A stretch of 64,000 bases of DNA from an uncultured Gemmatimonadales bacterium (GCA_963823035.1 CAWGKG010000017.1:96001-160000), one strand, 5' to 3'. Shown: positions 1-10,610, counted from the stretch's first letter. Notes: generated by a model not told the origin, from the sequence alone. Translations and numbers: made by a program.

Positions 1-906
1 GGACGGCATGAACGGTGGCCGCAACGGAGGTAGGTGTGTTGGGCGTTGGCCGGCACGTTGTGTCGCGGAGAGGTTCAGGGCACGTTGCGATCGGTTGCGA
101 ACTGCGTGCGGTGCGCATTCTACCTGCAGGTGGCCCAGGAGGAAGGCCGGAACCCGCTCACCTCGCGCACCGTCCTCTCCGTGATCGCCGACCTCTGATC
201 GAGGCGGACGCGGCCGGCGGATGGCGATCCGCCGGCCCCGCGCTCCAGCCTCCTCAGCCGCAGGCGTCTCGCAGCGCGGCGGAGAACGCTGGTGGTAGTC
301 CGTCAGGACGTCGTGATTATCCATGGAGCGGCTCGTGAGCCAGTCGAGGAGCTGGTTCCGGGCCTCGACGTGGTCCGTGTCGAAGTACTCCGTGCAGACG
401 GAGGCGTAGCGCGCGGCGGCCCATGCGTCGTCCGACGGGCTGCCTTCGCCCCGCGCACGCTGCGCACGCCCGTGCTCTCCGCGGCGCCACGTAGCTGTCG
501 AACGCGCGCATGGCCCAGTAGCTCCGAAGCCGCGCGTCGGGCTCGCCCGCCGCTGCGCCTGGGCTGCGCTCTGCTGATTCTCCCAGGCACCGGACGTCGC
601 CGCGGAGGCCTGCGAGAGGTTGGCCTGCCCCGCACGCAGGTTTCGCCAGGCCTGGTTGCCTCCGCGAGCGCGAGCGGGTTCCTCCGCGCCACTCCGGCGC
701 AGGGCAGTGAGCGCCCACGCCTGGTCGACCTTTTCGGCGGCGCATTGCGAGGGCGCGCCTTCGAGCGCCGTCAGATACGAGAGGAGGACTCGAGCCTCCT
801 CCACCGGGTCGTAGGGCTGCTGGAGGGCGACGTGGGCGCACGCGCCCAGGAGGGGGAGGGCCGCCACGAGAACGGCGAGTCGGGTGGTCCTTGTCCGTAT
901 GCGCAT
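1..906 (-). CDS. Putative lipoprotein of unknown function; 3' end uncertain or beyond the window edge
   Basis: Manual translation from ATG at 906 gives MRIRTRTTRLAVLVAALPLLGAC (basic N-region, hydrophobic core, lipobox LGAC). Not in the ORF track; internal frameshifts are likely. Confidence 0.5.
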   Translation of the reverse strand, partial: MRIRTRTTRLAVLVAALPLLGACAHVALQQPYDPVEEARVLLSYLTALEGAPSQCAAEKVDQAWALTALRRSGAEEPARARGGNQAWRNLRAGQANLSQASAATSGAWENQQSAAQAQRRASPTRGFGATGPCARSTATWRRGEHGRAQRARGEGSPSDDAWAAARYASVCTEYFDTDHVEARNQLLDWLTSRSMDNHDVLTDYHQRSPPRCETPAAEEAGARGRRIAIRRPRPPRSEVGDHGEDGARGERVPAFLLGHLQVECAPHAVRNRSQRALNLSATQRAGQRPTHLPPLRPPFMPS

Positions 907-1115
907 GTTCCGTAGGACAGGCAGGAGTCGTGCCATCCCGGCCATCCCGCCAGGCAGGGTATTCCGGTGCGTTACGGCCGTCACGCGCCCGAAAGTCAGA
1001 CGGTCGACGTCCACTCCGCGTGGACGGCCGCGCCGGTCACGTCCGGCCTCCGATTGGCGTATAGTTCAGCGCCGGCCGCAAGAGCCGGATCCAACCCGGG
1101 GGCGCGTTCCTCATC

Positions 1116-2378
1116 ATGAAGCGTGTGCATGTGTCCATGACGTCGTGGCGGTGCTGGCCTGCGCCCTGGCACCCCCGCTCCAGGGTCAGGGAGACCAGGG
1201 ACGTGCCGGGCCGGGTCGTCGACGAGGCGACCCGCCAGGGCGTGTCCGGTGCGGTCCTGCGCATCGTGGACACCGAGGTGTTCGCGGTCACGAAGCAGGA
1301 CGGGAGCTTCGTCCTGGAGGCGGTCCCCGAAGGAAGTTGGGCCCTCCGCGTCGAGCACCTGGCCTACGGCGTGCACGACCACGATATCAACGTGCCTGCG
1401 GATCAGGCCATGGAGTTGGAGATCCGCATCGCGTCCGAAGCCATCGAGCTCGAGCCCGTCATCGTCGAAACCGAGACGCAGCGGCAGCGCGTGCAGCGCG
1501 GGCAGGGCTCGAGCCTCCACGTGGTGGAGCGGCCGCAGATCGAGCGGGCTCTCGGTGTCAGCAGGCACCTCGGCGACCTCATCGTGCAGACCGTGCCCGG
1601 CGTGAAGATGCGCCAGTCCAACAACCTCGCGGGAACCGAGGTGTGCCTGGAGTTCCGGGGCGCCGCCAGCATCTCGCTCATGCAGACGCGCGCGTGCAGC
1701 AGCCCGATGGTGTTGCTGGACGGCGTACCCGTGTCGGATCCCCGGTACCTCTACGGGTCGGTCGGCCTGCAGAACATCGAGCGCATCCAGGTCATCCCGC
1801 CGGGGGAGGCGGGCGCCCGCTACGGCACCGGATCACTCTACGGCGTGATCCTCATCGAGACGCGCCCGCCGGGACGCGGCCTCTCGGACCCGCGCGAGCG
1901 GCCGGTGATTCCGTTGTCGGCGCCGAGGCTGACCTTCGACTGGGGACAGGACCCGGAAGGGCACGACCTCCTCAAGACGGTGGCCGGCGCCTTCCTGGGC
2001 AACGCCGTCGGGCTGGTCGCGGGGTTGGCCGTGGCTCGGCAGTGCATCGACATCGACGCCAAGGACGAGATCGTGACCACCTGCGGCGGTCTCGGCGTCA
2101 TGGGATCGGGGGTCGCGGCCTTCGCACTCCCCGCTCTAGGCGGAGCGATCGGGGCGAGGTGGGGCGGCGGGACGTCCACCTCCGTGGGGAGATTGCTCCC
2201 CGCGTTGGTCGGAGCGTCGATGATGCTCTTCCCGGGCTATGCGTTCTCGATGTCCACCGTCGGCGACGGCTCGGCGGCCGAAAACGCCGTGGGTCATGCC
2301 TTTCTCGTGGTGGGCGCGCCGCTCGTGGTGACGTTCGCGGACCGACTGTTCCGGTCGCTCCGCGGGGGCCCGCGGTAG
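1116..2378 (+). CDS. Carboxypeptidase-regulatory-like domain + TonB-receptor plug domain protein with hydrophobic Gly-rich C-terminus and no beta-barrel
   Basis: GRVVDEATRQGVSGAVL..VTKQDGSFVLEAVPEGSW (CarboxypepD_reg); PMVLLDGVP..NIERIQVIPPGEAGARYGTGSLYGVILIET (plug). The signal peptide appears split by a frameshift near the start. Confidence 0.75.
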   Translation: MKRVHVSMTSWRCWPAPWHPRSRVRETRDVPGRVVDEATRQGVSGAVLRIVDTEVFAVTKQDGSFVLEAVPEGSWALRVEHLAYGVHDHDINVPADQAMELEIRIASEAIELEPVIVETETQRQRVQRGQGSSLHVVERPQIERALGVSRHLGDLIVQTVPGVKMRQSNNLAGTEVCLEFRGAASISLMQTRACSSPMVLLDGVPVSDPRYLYGSVGLQNIERIQVIPPGEAGARYGTGSLYGVILIETRPPGRGLSDPRERPVIPLSAPRLTFDWGQDPEGHDLLKTVAGAFLGNAVGLVAGLAVARQCIDIDAKDEIVTTCGGLGVMGSGVAAFALPALGGAIGARWGGGTSTSVGRLLPALVGASMMLFPGYAFSMSTVGDGSAAENAVGHAFLVVGAPLVVTFADRLFRSLRGGPR

Positions 2379-2827
2379 CTCGGCGTCGTGCCCCCGTACA
2401 CGTAGACGTAGACCAGCTCGGCCCCGTCGGAGAGCGTCGCGCTCTGGTCGTACGCCTGTCCGTTGTCCAGACTGATGCGCAACCTCACCGATGCCACGTC
2501 GACCACCGGGTTCTTCAGCCGCACCACGATGTCGCCCAGCGCCGAGAGGTCGACCGTGTGGTCGTGCGGCAGTTGGATGTCGAAGGTGTCGGCCGAGTTG
2601 AAGTGCTGTACGATCTGGAACGTGATCGGGTCGACGGACTCGGTGAAGTCGGTCGAGATCACCAGCTCGAGCGGCACGGGCGCCGTACCCTCCACCACGA
2701 TGTGTGCGTTGGTGGGGCGCTTGTGGGGTCCGGTCGAGACGGCGCAGGCGGAAGCGCTCACCGCGGCGACCGCCATCAGGGCCAGCGCGGTGCGCGCGGC
2801 CGTCCAACGTGAACGAGCGAGGTCCAT
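2294..2827 (-). CDS. Small beta-rich lipoprotein of unknown function
   Basis: MDLARSRWTAARTALALMAVAAVSASAC lipobox followed by alternating beta-strand-like segments. The stop may be slightly displaced, as it overlaps the convergent gene. Confidence 0.6.
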   Translation of the reverse strand: MDLARSRWTAARTALALMAVAAVSASACAVSTGPHKRPTNAHIVVEGTAPVPLELVISTDFTESVDPITFQIVQHFNSADTFDIQLPHDHTVDLSALGDIVVRLKNPVVDVASVRLRISLDNGQAYDQSATLSDGAELVYVYVYGGTTPSYRGPPRSDRNSRSANVTTSGAPTTRKA

Positions 2828-2830
2828 ATC

Positions 2831-4039
2831 GTGATGCGGCTCCTGTCCGCGGTTCGCCGAGCCTATACGGTCGGGTCGATCGTCGCTTTCCCGTCCCTTC
2901 TCGCCGCCTGCGGAACGCAGGGGGTCGAGGTCGCCGGGTCCGCCGACGTCGGAGACCCGATGCCGGGCCTCGACGCCGCCCAGATGGTCCGCTTCGAGGC
3001 GGGACGTGCCGGCTTCGACCGACGCTTCACCCCGCGCGACGGCCTGGGGCCGAGGTTCAACGAAAACTCCTGCAACGCCTGCCACACACAGCCGGCCGAC
3101 GGCGGCACCGGCGAGACGATCGTGACGAAGGCCACGCGGTACGTCGACGGTCGCTGCGATCTCCTCGTACACCAGGGTGGCGAAAACGTCCGCCTGCGCG
3201 TCACCCCCGAAGCCTCGACGCTCGGGGCGGGCCGCCCTCCCGTCCCCGAAGAGGCCACGGAGACCATCCGCCTGACCATCCCCTTCCTCTACGGGATGGG
3301 CCTGGTGGATGCGGTCGACGAGCGCGCCATCGAGGGCCGCGCCGATCCGGACGACCGCGACGGAGACGGCATCTCCGGCCGCGTAGGCGTCGACCCGGAG
3401 GGGCGCCCCGCCCGCTTTGGACGCAAGGCGGACTCGGCCACCCTCGAGGACTTCGTGGTCGGCGCCTTCCGCCTCGAGATGGGCGTCACCTCTCCGGCGT
3501 ATCCCGACGAGGCCCAGGCGGGCGCCCTCCCGGCCGTGCCGGAAGGCACCGACCTGGCGCCCGATCCCGAGATCGATCAGGCCACCGTCGATGGGGTCAC
3601 CGACTTCGTCCGCTTTCTCGCGCCGCCCGCGCGTGTCGAGCCCGCGGACCCGGACCGTGCGGCCTCCGCGGCACGAGGGCAGGAGCTGTTCGGCCAACTC
3701 GGCTGCACGTCCTGCCACGTTCCCGAGATGATCACCGGCGCGAGCCCGGTCTCCGCGCTCGCCCACAAGCGGTTCGCGCTCTACTCCGACCTCCTGCTCC
3801 ACGACATGGGCGAGGGCCTCTCCGGCACCTGTGCGGCCGGCGCGAGCCCCACGGAGTACCGGACGGAGCCCCTTCTCGGGCTCCGTCACCGCAAGATCTT
3901 CCTGCACGACGGGCGGGTGAGCCGCGTGATCGACGCGATCCTCTCGCACGGGGGTGAGGCCGAGAAGGCGCGTGCGGCGTTCGCGGCGCTCGACCGCCTG
4001 CGCCAGGAAGACCTCATCCGCTTTCTCGACACGCTCTGA
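2831..4039 (+). CDS. Di-haem oxidoreductase family (DHOR, putative thiol oxidoreductase/peroxidase) lipoprotein
   Basis: Lipobox LAAC; DGLGPRFNENSCNACH and GCTSCH haem motifs; DPDDRDGDGISGR, RFGRKA, YSDLLLHDMG, FLHDGR, AILSHGGEA. Confidence 0.9.
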   Translation: MMRLLSAVRRAYTVGSIVAFPSLLAACGTQGVEVAGSADVGDPMPGLDAAQMVRFEAGRAGFDRRFTPRDGLGPRFNENSCNACHTQPADGGTGETIVTKATRYVDGRCDLLVHQGGENVRLRVTPEASTLGAGRPPVPEEATETIRLTIPFLYGMGLVDAVDERAIEGRADPDDRDGDGISGRVGVDPEGRPARFGRKADSATLEDFVVGAFRLEMGVTSPAYPDEAQAGALPAVPEGTDLAPDPEIDQATVDGVTDFVRFLAPPARVEPADPDRAASAARGQELFGQLGCTSCHVPEMITGASPVSALAHKRFALYSDLLLHDMGEGLSGTCAAGASPTEYRTEPLLGLRHRKIFLHDGRVSRVIDAILSHGGEAEKARAAFAALDRLRQEDLIRFLDTL

Positions 4040-4061
4040 CCTCGCGGCGTCCAACGTGAAA

Positions 4062-4088
4062 GGGCGGGGCGCACCGTGCGCCCCGCCC
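4062..4088. terminator. GC-rich hairpin between convergent DHOR and susD genes; probable bidirectional terminator
   Basis: GGGCGGGGCGCA-CCG-TGCGCCCCGCCC, a 12-bp perfect stem. Confidence 0.6.
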
Positions 4089-4132
4089 CCGACCCTCACG
4101 GCCGCCTCCGGGGAGGCCGCCGGGCCACGAGA

Positions 4133-5530
4133 TCAACCGTTCGGGTTGGTGATGTTCGGGTTGCCCTCGTACTCCTCCTTGGGGAGCGGATAGCACGTCG
4201 CCGTGCCGTAGTTGCCCCACCCCTCCGTCGGATGCAGCCCCGTCGGGAAGAGGTCCTGGCCGTCGAGGCGCATCCAGCGCCGCAGGTCGCCCAGGCGGTA
4301 GCCACCCATGAACAGGTCCTTGCCGCGCTGCTCGCGCAGCTCGGCCATGAGCGCGTCACCGGACAGGCTTACCGGGTCCTGGTTGCCGAACGCCCGCCGC
4401 GAGTTCACGAACTCGAGCGTGGTGCCCAGCGGACCCGTACCCGTGGGCCCGGCTGCCTCGTAGTAGTTCTCCATCGCCTCGATGTAGGAAGCCATGGCGA
4501 TGTCGGTGCTGCGCTTGTAGGGCTCCGGCGTGCCGCCGTCGGCGAACGTCTGGCCGTTGTACTCCGACCACATCAGGCCCTGCTTGGGCTTGTAGAGCTT
4601 GGTCAGGGCGTTGTGGCCCGTGCTCCAGCTCGGCTCGTGCTGCACTCGCGGATCCGTCAGGAACGCCTCGAGGTTCTGCACCCCGAAGTTCTGCGGGCCG
4701 CCCGCGAGGAAGTGCGGGTGCATGCCCACAGCGTGGTTCGCTCCCTTCGTGCTAGCTTCCAGCGGGTCGTACACGCGGTCGTCCGTGTCGTTGTACTCGA
4801 CCCACCAGTAGAAGCCCGCGGGCACCTTCGCCGCGGCGGCCATCGCCTGGGCGTTCTGCCCCAGGTTCAGGTACGCACGCGACAGCCCGACGTTGATCAT
4901 GCTCACCAGGTCGGCCGCCGTCCGCTTGTTCAGCAGCACCGCGCTCCCCGCCGCCGTGGCGATCGGAAGCGCCTCGTTGAAGCGATCCACCGCGAACTGG
5001 TACAGGTCGGCCGGCTGGTAGATCTCCGAGCCGACGTTGACGGTGGCCTCGCACATGGCGTCCGCCAGCACGATGTAGCTGTACCCCGCGTACGCCAGCG
5101 TGACCGCGAGGTTCGGGTCCGTCGAGGGGTTCTCCGAGAGCCCGTCCTTCAGGCGTCCCGAGATGGAGTCGGCCTGGGCGCGGGCGCGGCTGATACGGGA
5201 GAACATCAGGTCCGCGTCACCCTCGTCGTACTTCACGATCCGCTGGCTCAGACGCGCCGTCTGCTCCCAGTTGATGCCCGTGATCTGCTCGTCGGTGAAC
5301 ATGCTGCCACGCCACAGGAACGGATCGGCGTACATGTCCTGGAAGTCACCGATCACACCACCCACCAGCACCTTCACCAGCGCCGCGTCGTTGAGCAGCG
5401 ACTCGTCGAGCTCCGCGGGGTTGTTCACGTCCAGAAGCTGGTCCGCGACGTTGCACGACGCCGCCACCCCTACCGTCAATGCCAGAAGGCCTGCCGTGGC
5501 CGCCTTCCGGAGCGAGATGATCTTGTTCAT
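4133..5530 (-). CDS. susD: RagB/SusD family nutrient-binding outer-membrane lipoprotein
   Basis: Lipobox AASC; C-terminal LREQRGKDLFMGGYRLGDLRR and YPLPKEEYEGNPN; directly downstream of susC. Confidence 0.9.
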   Translation of the reverse strand: MNKIISLRKAATAGLLALTVGVAASCNVADQLLDVNNPAELDESLLNDAALVKVLVGGVIGDFQDMYADPFLWRGSMFTDEQITGINWEQTARLSQRIVKYDEGDADLMFSRISRARAQADSISGRLKDGLSENPSTDPNLAVTLAYAGYSYIVLADAMCEATVNVGSEIYQPADLYQFAVDRFNEALPIATAAGSAVLLNKRTAADLVSMINVGLSRAYLNLGQNAQAMAAAAKVPAGFYWWVEYNDTDDRVYDPLEASTKGANHAVGMHPHFLAGGPQNFGVQNLEAFLTDPRVQHEPSWSTGHNALTKLYKPKQGLMWSEYNGQTFADGGTPEPYKRSTDIAMASYIEAMENYYEAAGPTGTGPLGTTLEFVNSRRAFGNQDPVSLSGDALMAELREQRGKDLFMGGYRLGDLRRWMRLDGQDLFPTGLHPTEGWGNYGTATCYPLPKEEYEGNPNITNPNG

Positions 5531-5558
5531 CGTCTCAGTTCCTTTCCGGTCAGCCCGG

Positions 5559-8500
5559 TCAGAAGGAGAACCGCATACTCAGGGAGAACGTCCGCAGCAT
5601 CGGAATCGATGCGTAGTCCGTCATCCTGAACGGGTCCGTGGAGTCGAAGTTCACTTCCGGGTCGGGCGAGCCCAGCCCGTCCTGACCGAGATCGTACTTG
5701 GTCCACATCCACAGGTTGCGACCGGACAGCGTCACCGCGGCCGCGTCGAAGCGGAGGTTCTGCGCGAACTGGCTGGGGAGCTGATACGTAACCGACAGCT
5801 CCCGCAGCTTGATGAAGTCCGCATGCTGGATCCACGTCTTCGTCTGCAGGCTCTTCGCCACCAGGACGTCGACCGGATCCGCGTTCGGATCGTTCACCAG
5901 CTTCGTGTTCATGTCGATGCGGCTCCGCACGGAGCAGATCGCGCACCACTGGTAGTGGCCGCCCTTGTAGTCGAAGTTCGCGAACAGGCGGAAGTTGTCG
6001 AACAGCGTGAAGGTGTTCGTGAAGCCGATCTCACGCGTCGGCAGCGACGGGCCCACGTACTCGTTCTCCGAAGCAACCGTGACGTCGCCGTCGGTCACGA
6101 TGGGCGCCCCGCTCGCGTCGCGCTCCACGTCCTTCGACCAGAAGCCACCCATCGGGTAGCCCGGGAGGTGGCGCTGCACCGTCGCGAACGCGCCGAAGTC
6201 GACCGAGCTGAGCGGCGCGCTCGCCCCAGGAGGCCAGCTCGTTGCTCGTCTTGGCGAGCGCGACCGTCGCGTCCCACTGCACGCTGCGCGTGTAGAGGGG
6301 CGTCGCGGTCAGCAGAATCTCGATGCCCTTGTTCTTGATCTCGCCCACGTTCACGAAGTGCGTGCCGCTGAACCCGCTCGAACGCGGGTCCGGTACGGGC
6401 ACCAGGGCGTCCTTGGTGCTCTGGCTGTAGTACGTGAAGTCGAGGCCCATGCGGCCGCCCCACATCGAGGACTCGAAGCCCAGCTCGGCCTCCGAGCCCG
6501 TCTCGGCCTTGAGGTCCGGGTTGCCGTACGAGGAGGGCCGTAGCTGGTTGATGACCACGTCACCGGCCGTCGTCACCGCCGCCGAGTAGGTCCGGTCGGC
6601 GGTGAAGGGGTCCGGCGGGTTGCCCGCCTTGCCCCACGCCGCGCGCAGCTTGAGCTGGTCGATGAAGCCGTAGTCGAAGAAGTCCTCGTCGCTGATCACG
6701 TACGACAGCTGCGCCTTCGGATAGACGACCAGCGAGAAGTTCTGACCGAACGCGCTGTTGTCGTCCACACGGACGGCCGCCGTCGCGAAGAGGCGGTTCT
6801 TGAAGCCGACCATCTCCTGGACGTAGAAGCCCAGCGACGTCTGCTCCTCGAAGTCCTGGTCACCGCGGTTCACGGCGGCCGAGCGGACCAGGTTGAGGTT
6901 GTTGGCCACCAGGCCCTCACCGGTCGCCCCGTAGAGGTTGTACTTCCTGGCGTTGAGCTGCATCCCGCCGCTGAACGCCGAGTTGTAGTCCTCGTTGATG
7001 TCGGTGTTGATCGTTCCGGAGTAGTCCACCGTCCAGATGTGGGTGTCACGCAGCTGGAGGTCCGTGTAGCCGGTCGAGCGCGTGGTGCCCCAGGGCTGCA
7101 GCCCCGTCTGATCGATCCCCGTGAAGTCGGAGACCTTCCGGTTCTGGTTGTCCAGGCCGAGGACGAGCCGGTTCGTGAACCACTTGAAGGGCGTGTAGTT
7201 GACCGTGGCGCCCATCGTGTAGCGCTCGCCGAACGACTCCAGGTCCCACTGGTTGGCGAGCGTGGGGCCGAAGTTCCTGAAGCCCACCTCGTACTGGTAG
7301 TTCGCGTCCGCCTTCCCGCGGTAGCCGTTGCGCAGGATGGAGTTGGACGAGTTGTTGGAGAGGGGAGCCCGCACATTCGTACGCGAGTAGCCCATGTTCA
7401 CGTTGAAGCTGAGCTTCTCGGACGGCGTGAAGCCGAAGTTCGCCCGTCCGCCCGTGCGCTGCGAGTAGTTGTTCAGGAAGATGCCCTGCTCGTCTCCCCG
7501 CTCCGCGCTCACGTAGAAGTTGAAGAGCTCACCGCCGCCGCGAGCCGAGAGGTTCCAGTCCCACCGCCCCGCGCCGTTCGGATCGTCCGACCCGGAGTTG
7601 CCGCGCATGGCGTTGGGGTTCTCGTCCATCGGGTGGTAGACCTTCACCGTCCCGGGCGCGAGGCCCGCGCATCCCGGGTAGGAGCTCGACGTCACGTTGG
7701 AAGCCGAGCACGTCCAGTAGGTCGTGGGCGTGCGAGCGCCCAGTCGGACGTACCCGCATTCAGCGCGGCCGTCCACTGGACGCCAGCGCCCGCGCGGCCC
7801 TTCTTCGTGATGATCTGGATGACGCCGGCCGCCGCCTCGGCGCCGTACAGCGTCGACGCCGCAGGGCCCTTGATGACCTCGATCGACTCGATGTCGTTCG
7901 GGTTGAGCGCGTCGAGGGCGTTCGTGCAGTGCGTGATCGTTGCCGCAATTGCCGCCCTGGTTCCCGCTGATGATGCGCACGCCGTCGACGTAGATCACCG
8001 GCTCCGTACGGCCCTCGATCGAGCCCGTGCCGCGCAGGCGGATCTGCGAGCCGTCACCGGCACCGCCGCCGTTCGAGACCAGCGTGAGCCCCGGCGTACG
8101 CGCCTGCAGGAGGTTCTGCACCGAGGGCATCGGCACCTGCTCCGTCACCGCTGCCGCCTCGAACTGCGACACCGAGTTGCCGATGGCACGGCGCTGCGTC
8201 TGACCCGGCGTGCCCGTCACGACGATCGCGTCGAGCTCGAGCGCCGCCTGACTCAGGCGGAAGTCCGCCTGTGCCACCTGACCGGCCACCACCGTGATCT
8301 GCTGCTCCTGCGTCCCGTAGCCGATGATCTCGGCCCGCACCGTGGCGGTGCCCTGCGGCACGTTGAGGATGAGGAACTGCCCGCTGGCGTTGGCCAGCGC
8401 TCCGCGTCCGCTACCGGGCACGGACAACTGCACGCCCGAAAGGGGGCGCATGGTCACCGCGTCGGTGACCTGACCACGAATGGTGCCCGTAGCCCCTTGC

Positions 8501-8589
8501 TGCGCTGCGACGGGGACCGTGAGCCCAAGGCTCAGTGCCACCGCCGTTGTGAGCCGCAAAACGGCTCTGCAGACGAGTCTTACGTCCAT
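5559..8589 (-). CDS. susC: SusC/RagA family TonB-dependent receptor (frameshifts near 7940, 7740 and 6220)
   Basis: Signal peptide, CarboxypepD_reg domain, plug ([43 protein letters not shown] in an alternate frame), [31 protein letters not shown]-terminal Phe. Confidence 0.9.
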
Positions 8590-8874
8590 ACCGCCTCCGT
8601 GAATCTTCAGTGAGATGAATTGCCCTACGACGGTGTCCAGAATCGACTCCCCGGGGATCTGGAGAGGCTCGTCAGGAACGACAAGCGGGTGGGTTGCGCG
8701 ACCGCGCTCGCGGCCTGCGAAGGATGCGCCGACCCCCCGGGGGCGCATCTCGCGTGAAACCACGTACTTCCTCAACCCTTTTTATGGGCCCATGGGTTCC
8801 CATACGCAAGGGGGCCCCCTTCCTTTCGATCCCGCCCGGATGCCCGTGGTGGAGGACCGTCCTGACCGACGGCT

Positions 8875-8901
8875 CTCAGAACGAGCGTCTGGTGCCGATA
8901 C
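8875..8901 (+). promoter_or_regulatory. Putative sigma28 (FliA/SigD) promoter upstream of motA
   Basis: CTCAG-N14-GCCGATAC versus consensus TAAAG/TCAAG-N14-GCCGATAA; about 80 bp upstream of the motA start. Confidence 0.55.
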
Positions 8902-8980
8902 TGGGGTCGTGCGGCCCGGTCGCCCCGCACCACCGGCGGTGCACCCGGATCAGGAACCCACCTCGACGCGGCGCAACCAC

Positions 8981-9759
8981 GTGGACAAGGCCTCCATCTT
9001 CGGTGTCGTGGTGGGATCCGGCCTGGTGGTCGGATCCATCCTCCTCGGCTCCAGCCTGATGATCTTCATCAACGTTCCCGGCCTCCTGATCGTCGGGGGC
9101 GGAACGTTCGCGGCGACCAGCATCGCGTTCCCGACGGAGGAGCTGAAGCACATGTTCGGCGTCGTGCGCCGGGTCTTCAACGACCCGGGCAACGAGATGG
9201 TGAGCATCTCCCAGTATCTCCTGCAGGCGATGCGCATCCTGAAGAAGGACGGGCCGCTGGCCCTCGAGGACATGGCCACGAAGGCCCCCACCGAGCCGCT
9301 CAAGAAGGGCCTGCAGCTCATCGCCGACGGCGCGGACGTGCGCACGATCCAGGAGATCCTGGCGACCGAGCAGAAGTACATGGAGGAGCACCACCGCATC
9401 GGCCAGAAGATCTTCAACGAGATGGGCAAGTACGCGCCCGCTTTCGGCATGGTGGGGACGCTCATCGGGCTCGTGCAGATGCTCGCGAACATGAGCGACC
9501 CCGAGAGCATCGGGCCGGCCATGGCGGTCGCGCTGCTGACCACGTTCTACGGCGCGGTGCTCGCGAACCTCATCTTCTTGCCGATGGTGGCGAAGCTCGA
9601 CCGCCGCATCGTCATCGAGGTCACGCAGATCCAGCTCGCGATCGTCGGCCTCATGTCCATGCACGGAGGTGACACGGCAGCGATCATGAAGGACAAGATG
9701 CAGGCCTTCATCCGGCACGAGGCCGTGCCTGACGTGAAGGAAGCCGCGAGGCGGCCTGA
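8981..9759 (+). CDS. motA: Flagellar motor stator subunit A (MotA/PomA/MotP type)
   Basis: MDKASIFG..FINVPGLLIVGGGTFAAT..KKGLQLIADG..YAPAFGMVGTLIGLVQML..IGPAMAVALLTTFYGAVLANLIFLP. The probable stop TGA at 9757-9759 is one base out of frame. Confidence 0.9.
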
Positions 9760-10610
9760 TGAGCGACTGCGATTGCGGCGAAGGCGGCGGGTCGGCGCGC
9801 CAGCGGAGGAGGGCGCGCCTCTCTGGACGGTCACCTTCGGGGACATGATGAGCCTGCTCCTCACCTTCTTCATCCTCCTCTTCTCGATGTCGGAGCTGAA
9901 GGTCGAGAAGTTCATGCTCGCGCGTCATCGCTGCGCGAAGCGGTCGGCGGCGCGGCCACGGAGCCCTCGGAGGACCCGCCTCCGCCACCACGGTGGCCGA
10001 GCCGGCCGGAGGCATCCGACGGGGGCGGCGGCGGGCGGCTCCGAGATCGACGAGATCGTCGACGCCTACATGACGATGATCACCGAACGGCTCTCCGAGT
10101 TCGTCGAGGGGCGCGGCCTCGAGGAGTCCATCACCATCGAGCGCGACGGCCAGGGCGTGTACCTGCGCATGGAGACCGGCGCGCTCTTCGCATCCGGCTC
10201 GGCCACGTTGCAGCCCGAAGGGCGCGCGGCGCTGGTCGAGCTGGCGGAGGTCACCTCGGGCATCAGCGTGCGCGTGCTCGTGTCCGGGCACACCGACAAC
10301 GAGCCCGTGGTCGGCGGCCCCTTCCCGTCGAACTGGGAGCTTTCCGCCGCGCGTGCGGCGGGCGTGGCGCGCACGCTGGTCGAGCACGGACAGGATCCCG
10401 TGCGCGTGCGTGCCGAGTCTTACGGCGAGTACCGCCCGATCGCGGACAACGACACCCCCGAGGGGCGCGCGAAGAACCGGCGCGTCGAGCTCATGTACGC
10501 GCGCTCGGACATCATCGCCGCGGTCCGCTCCTGGGCGCCGGTCGACCCCGTGGGGGTGGACGCCGCGGCCGGCGTCGCCGAGCCGGCGACACCCCGCGAC
10601 CATCCGCTGA
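9759..10610 (+). CDS. motB: Flagellar motor stator subunit B (MotB/PomB/MotS type) with OmpA-like peptidoglycan-binding domain
   Basis: ATG overlaps the motA stop (TGATG); MSDCDC..; APLWTVTFGDMMSLLLTFFILLFSMS; VSGHTDN..SNWELSAARA..EGRAKNRRVE. Frameshifted, end approximate. Confidence 0.88.

Noticed and set aside
8776..8812. Imperfect hairpin CCCTT..TATGGG..CCCATA..AAGGG between susC and motA
   Set aside because: Single occurrence, imperfect, no assignable family.
8981..10610. Zorya ZorAB anti-phage motor or ExbBD/TolQR
   Set aside because: MotA has normal length with no long ZorA tail and no zorC/D/E is present; MotB has flagellar-type TM and OmpA motifs and a sigma28-like promoter.
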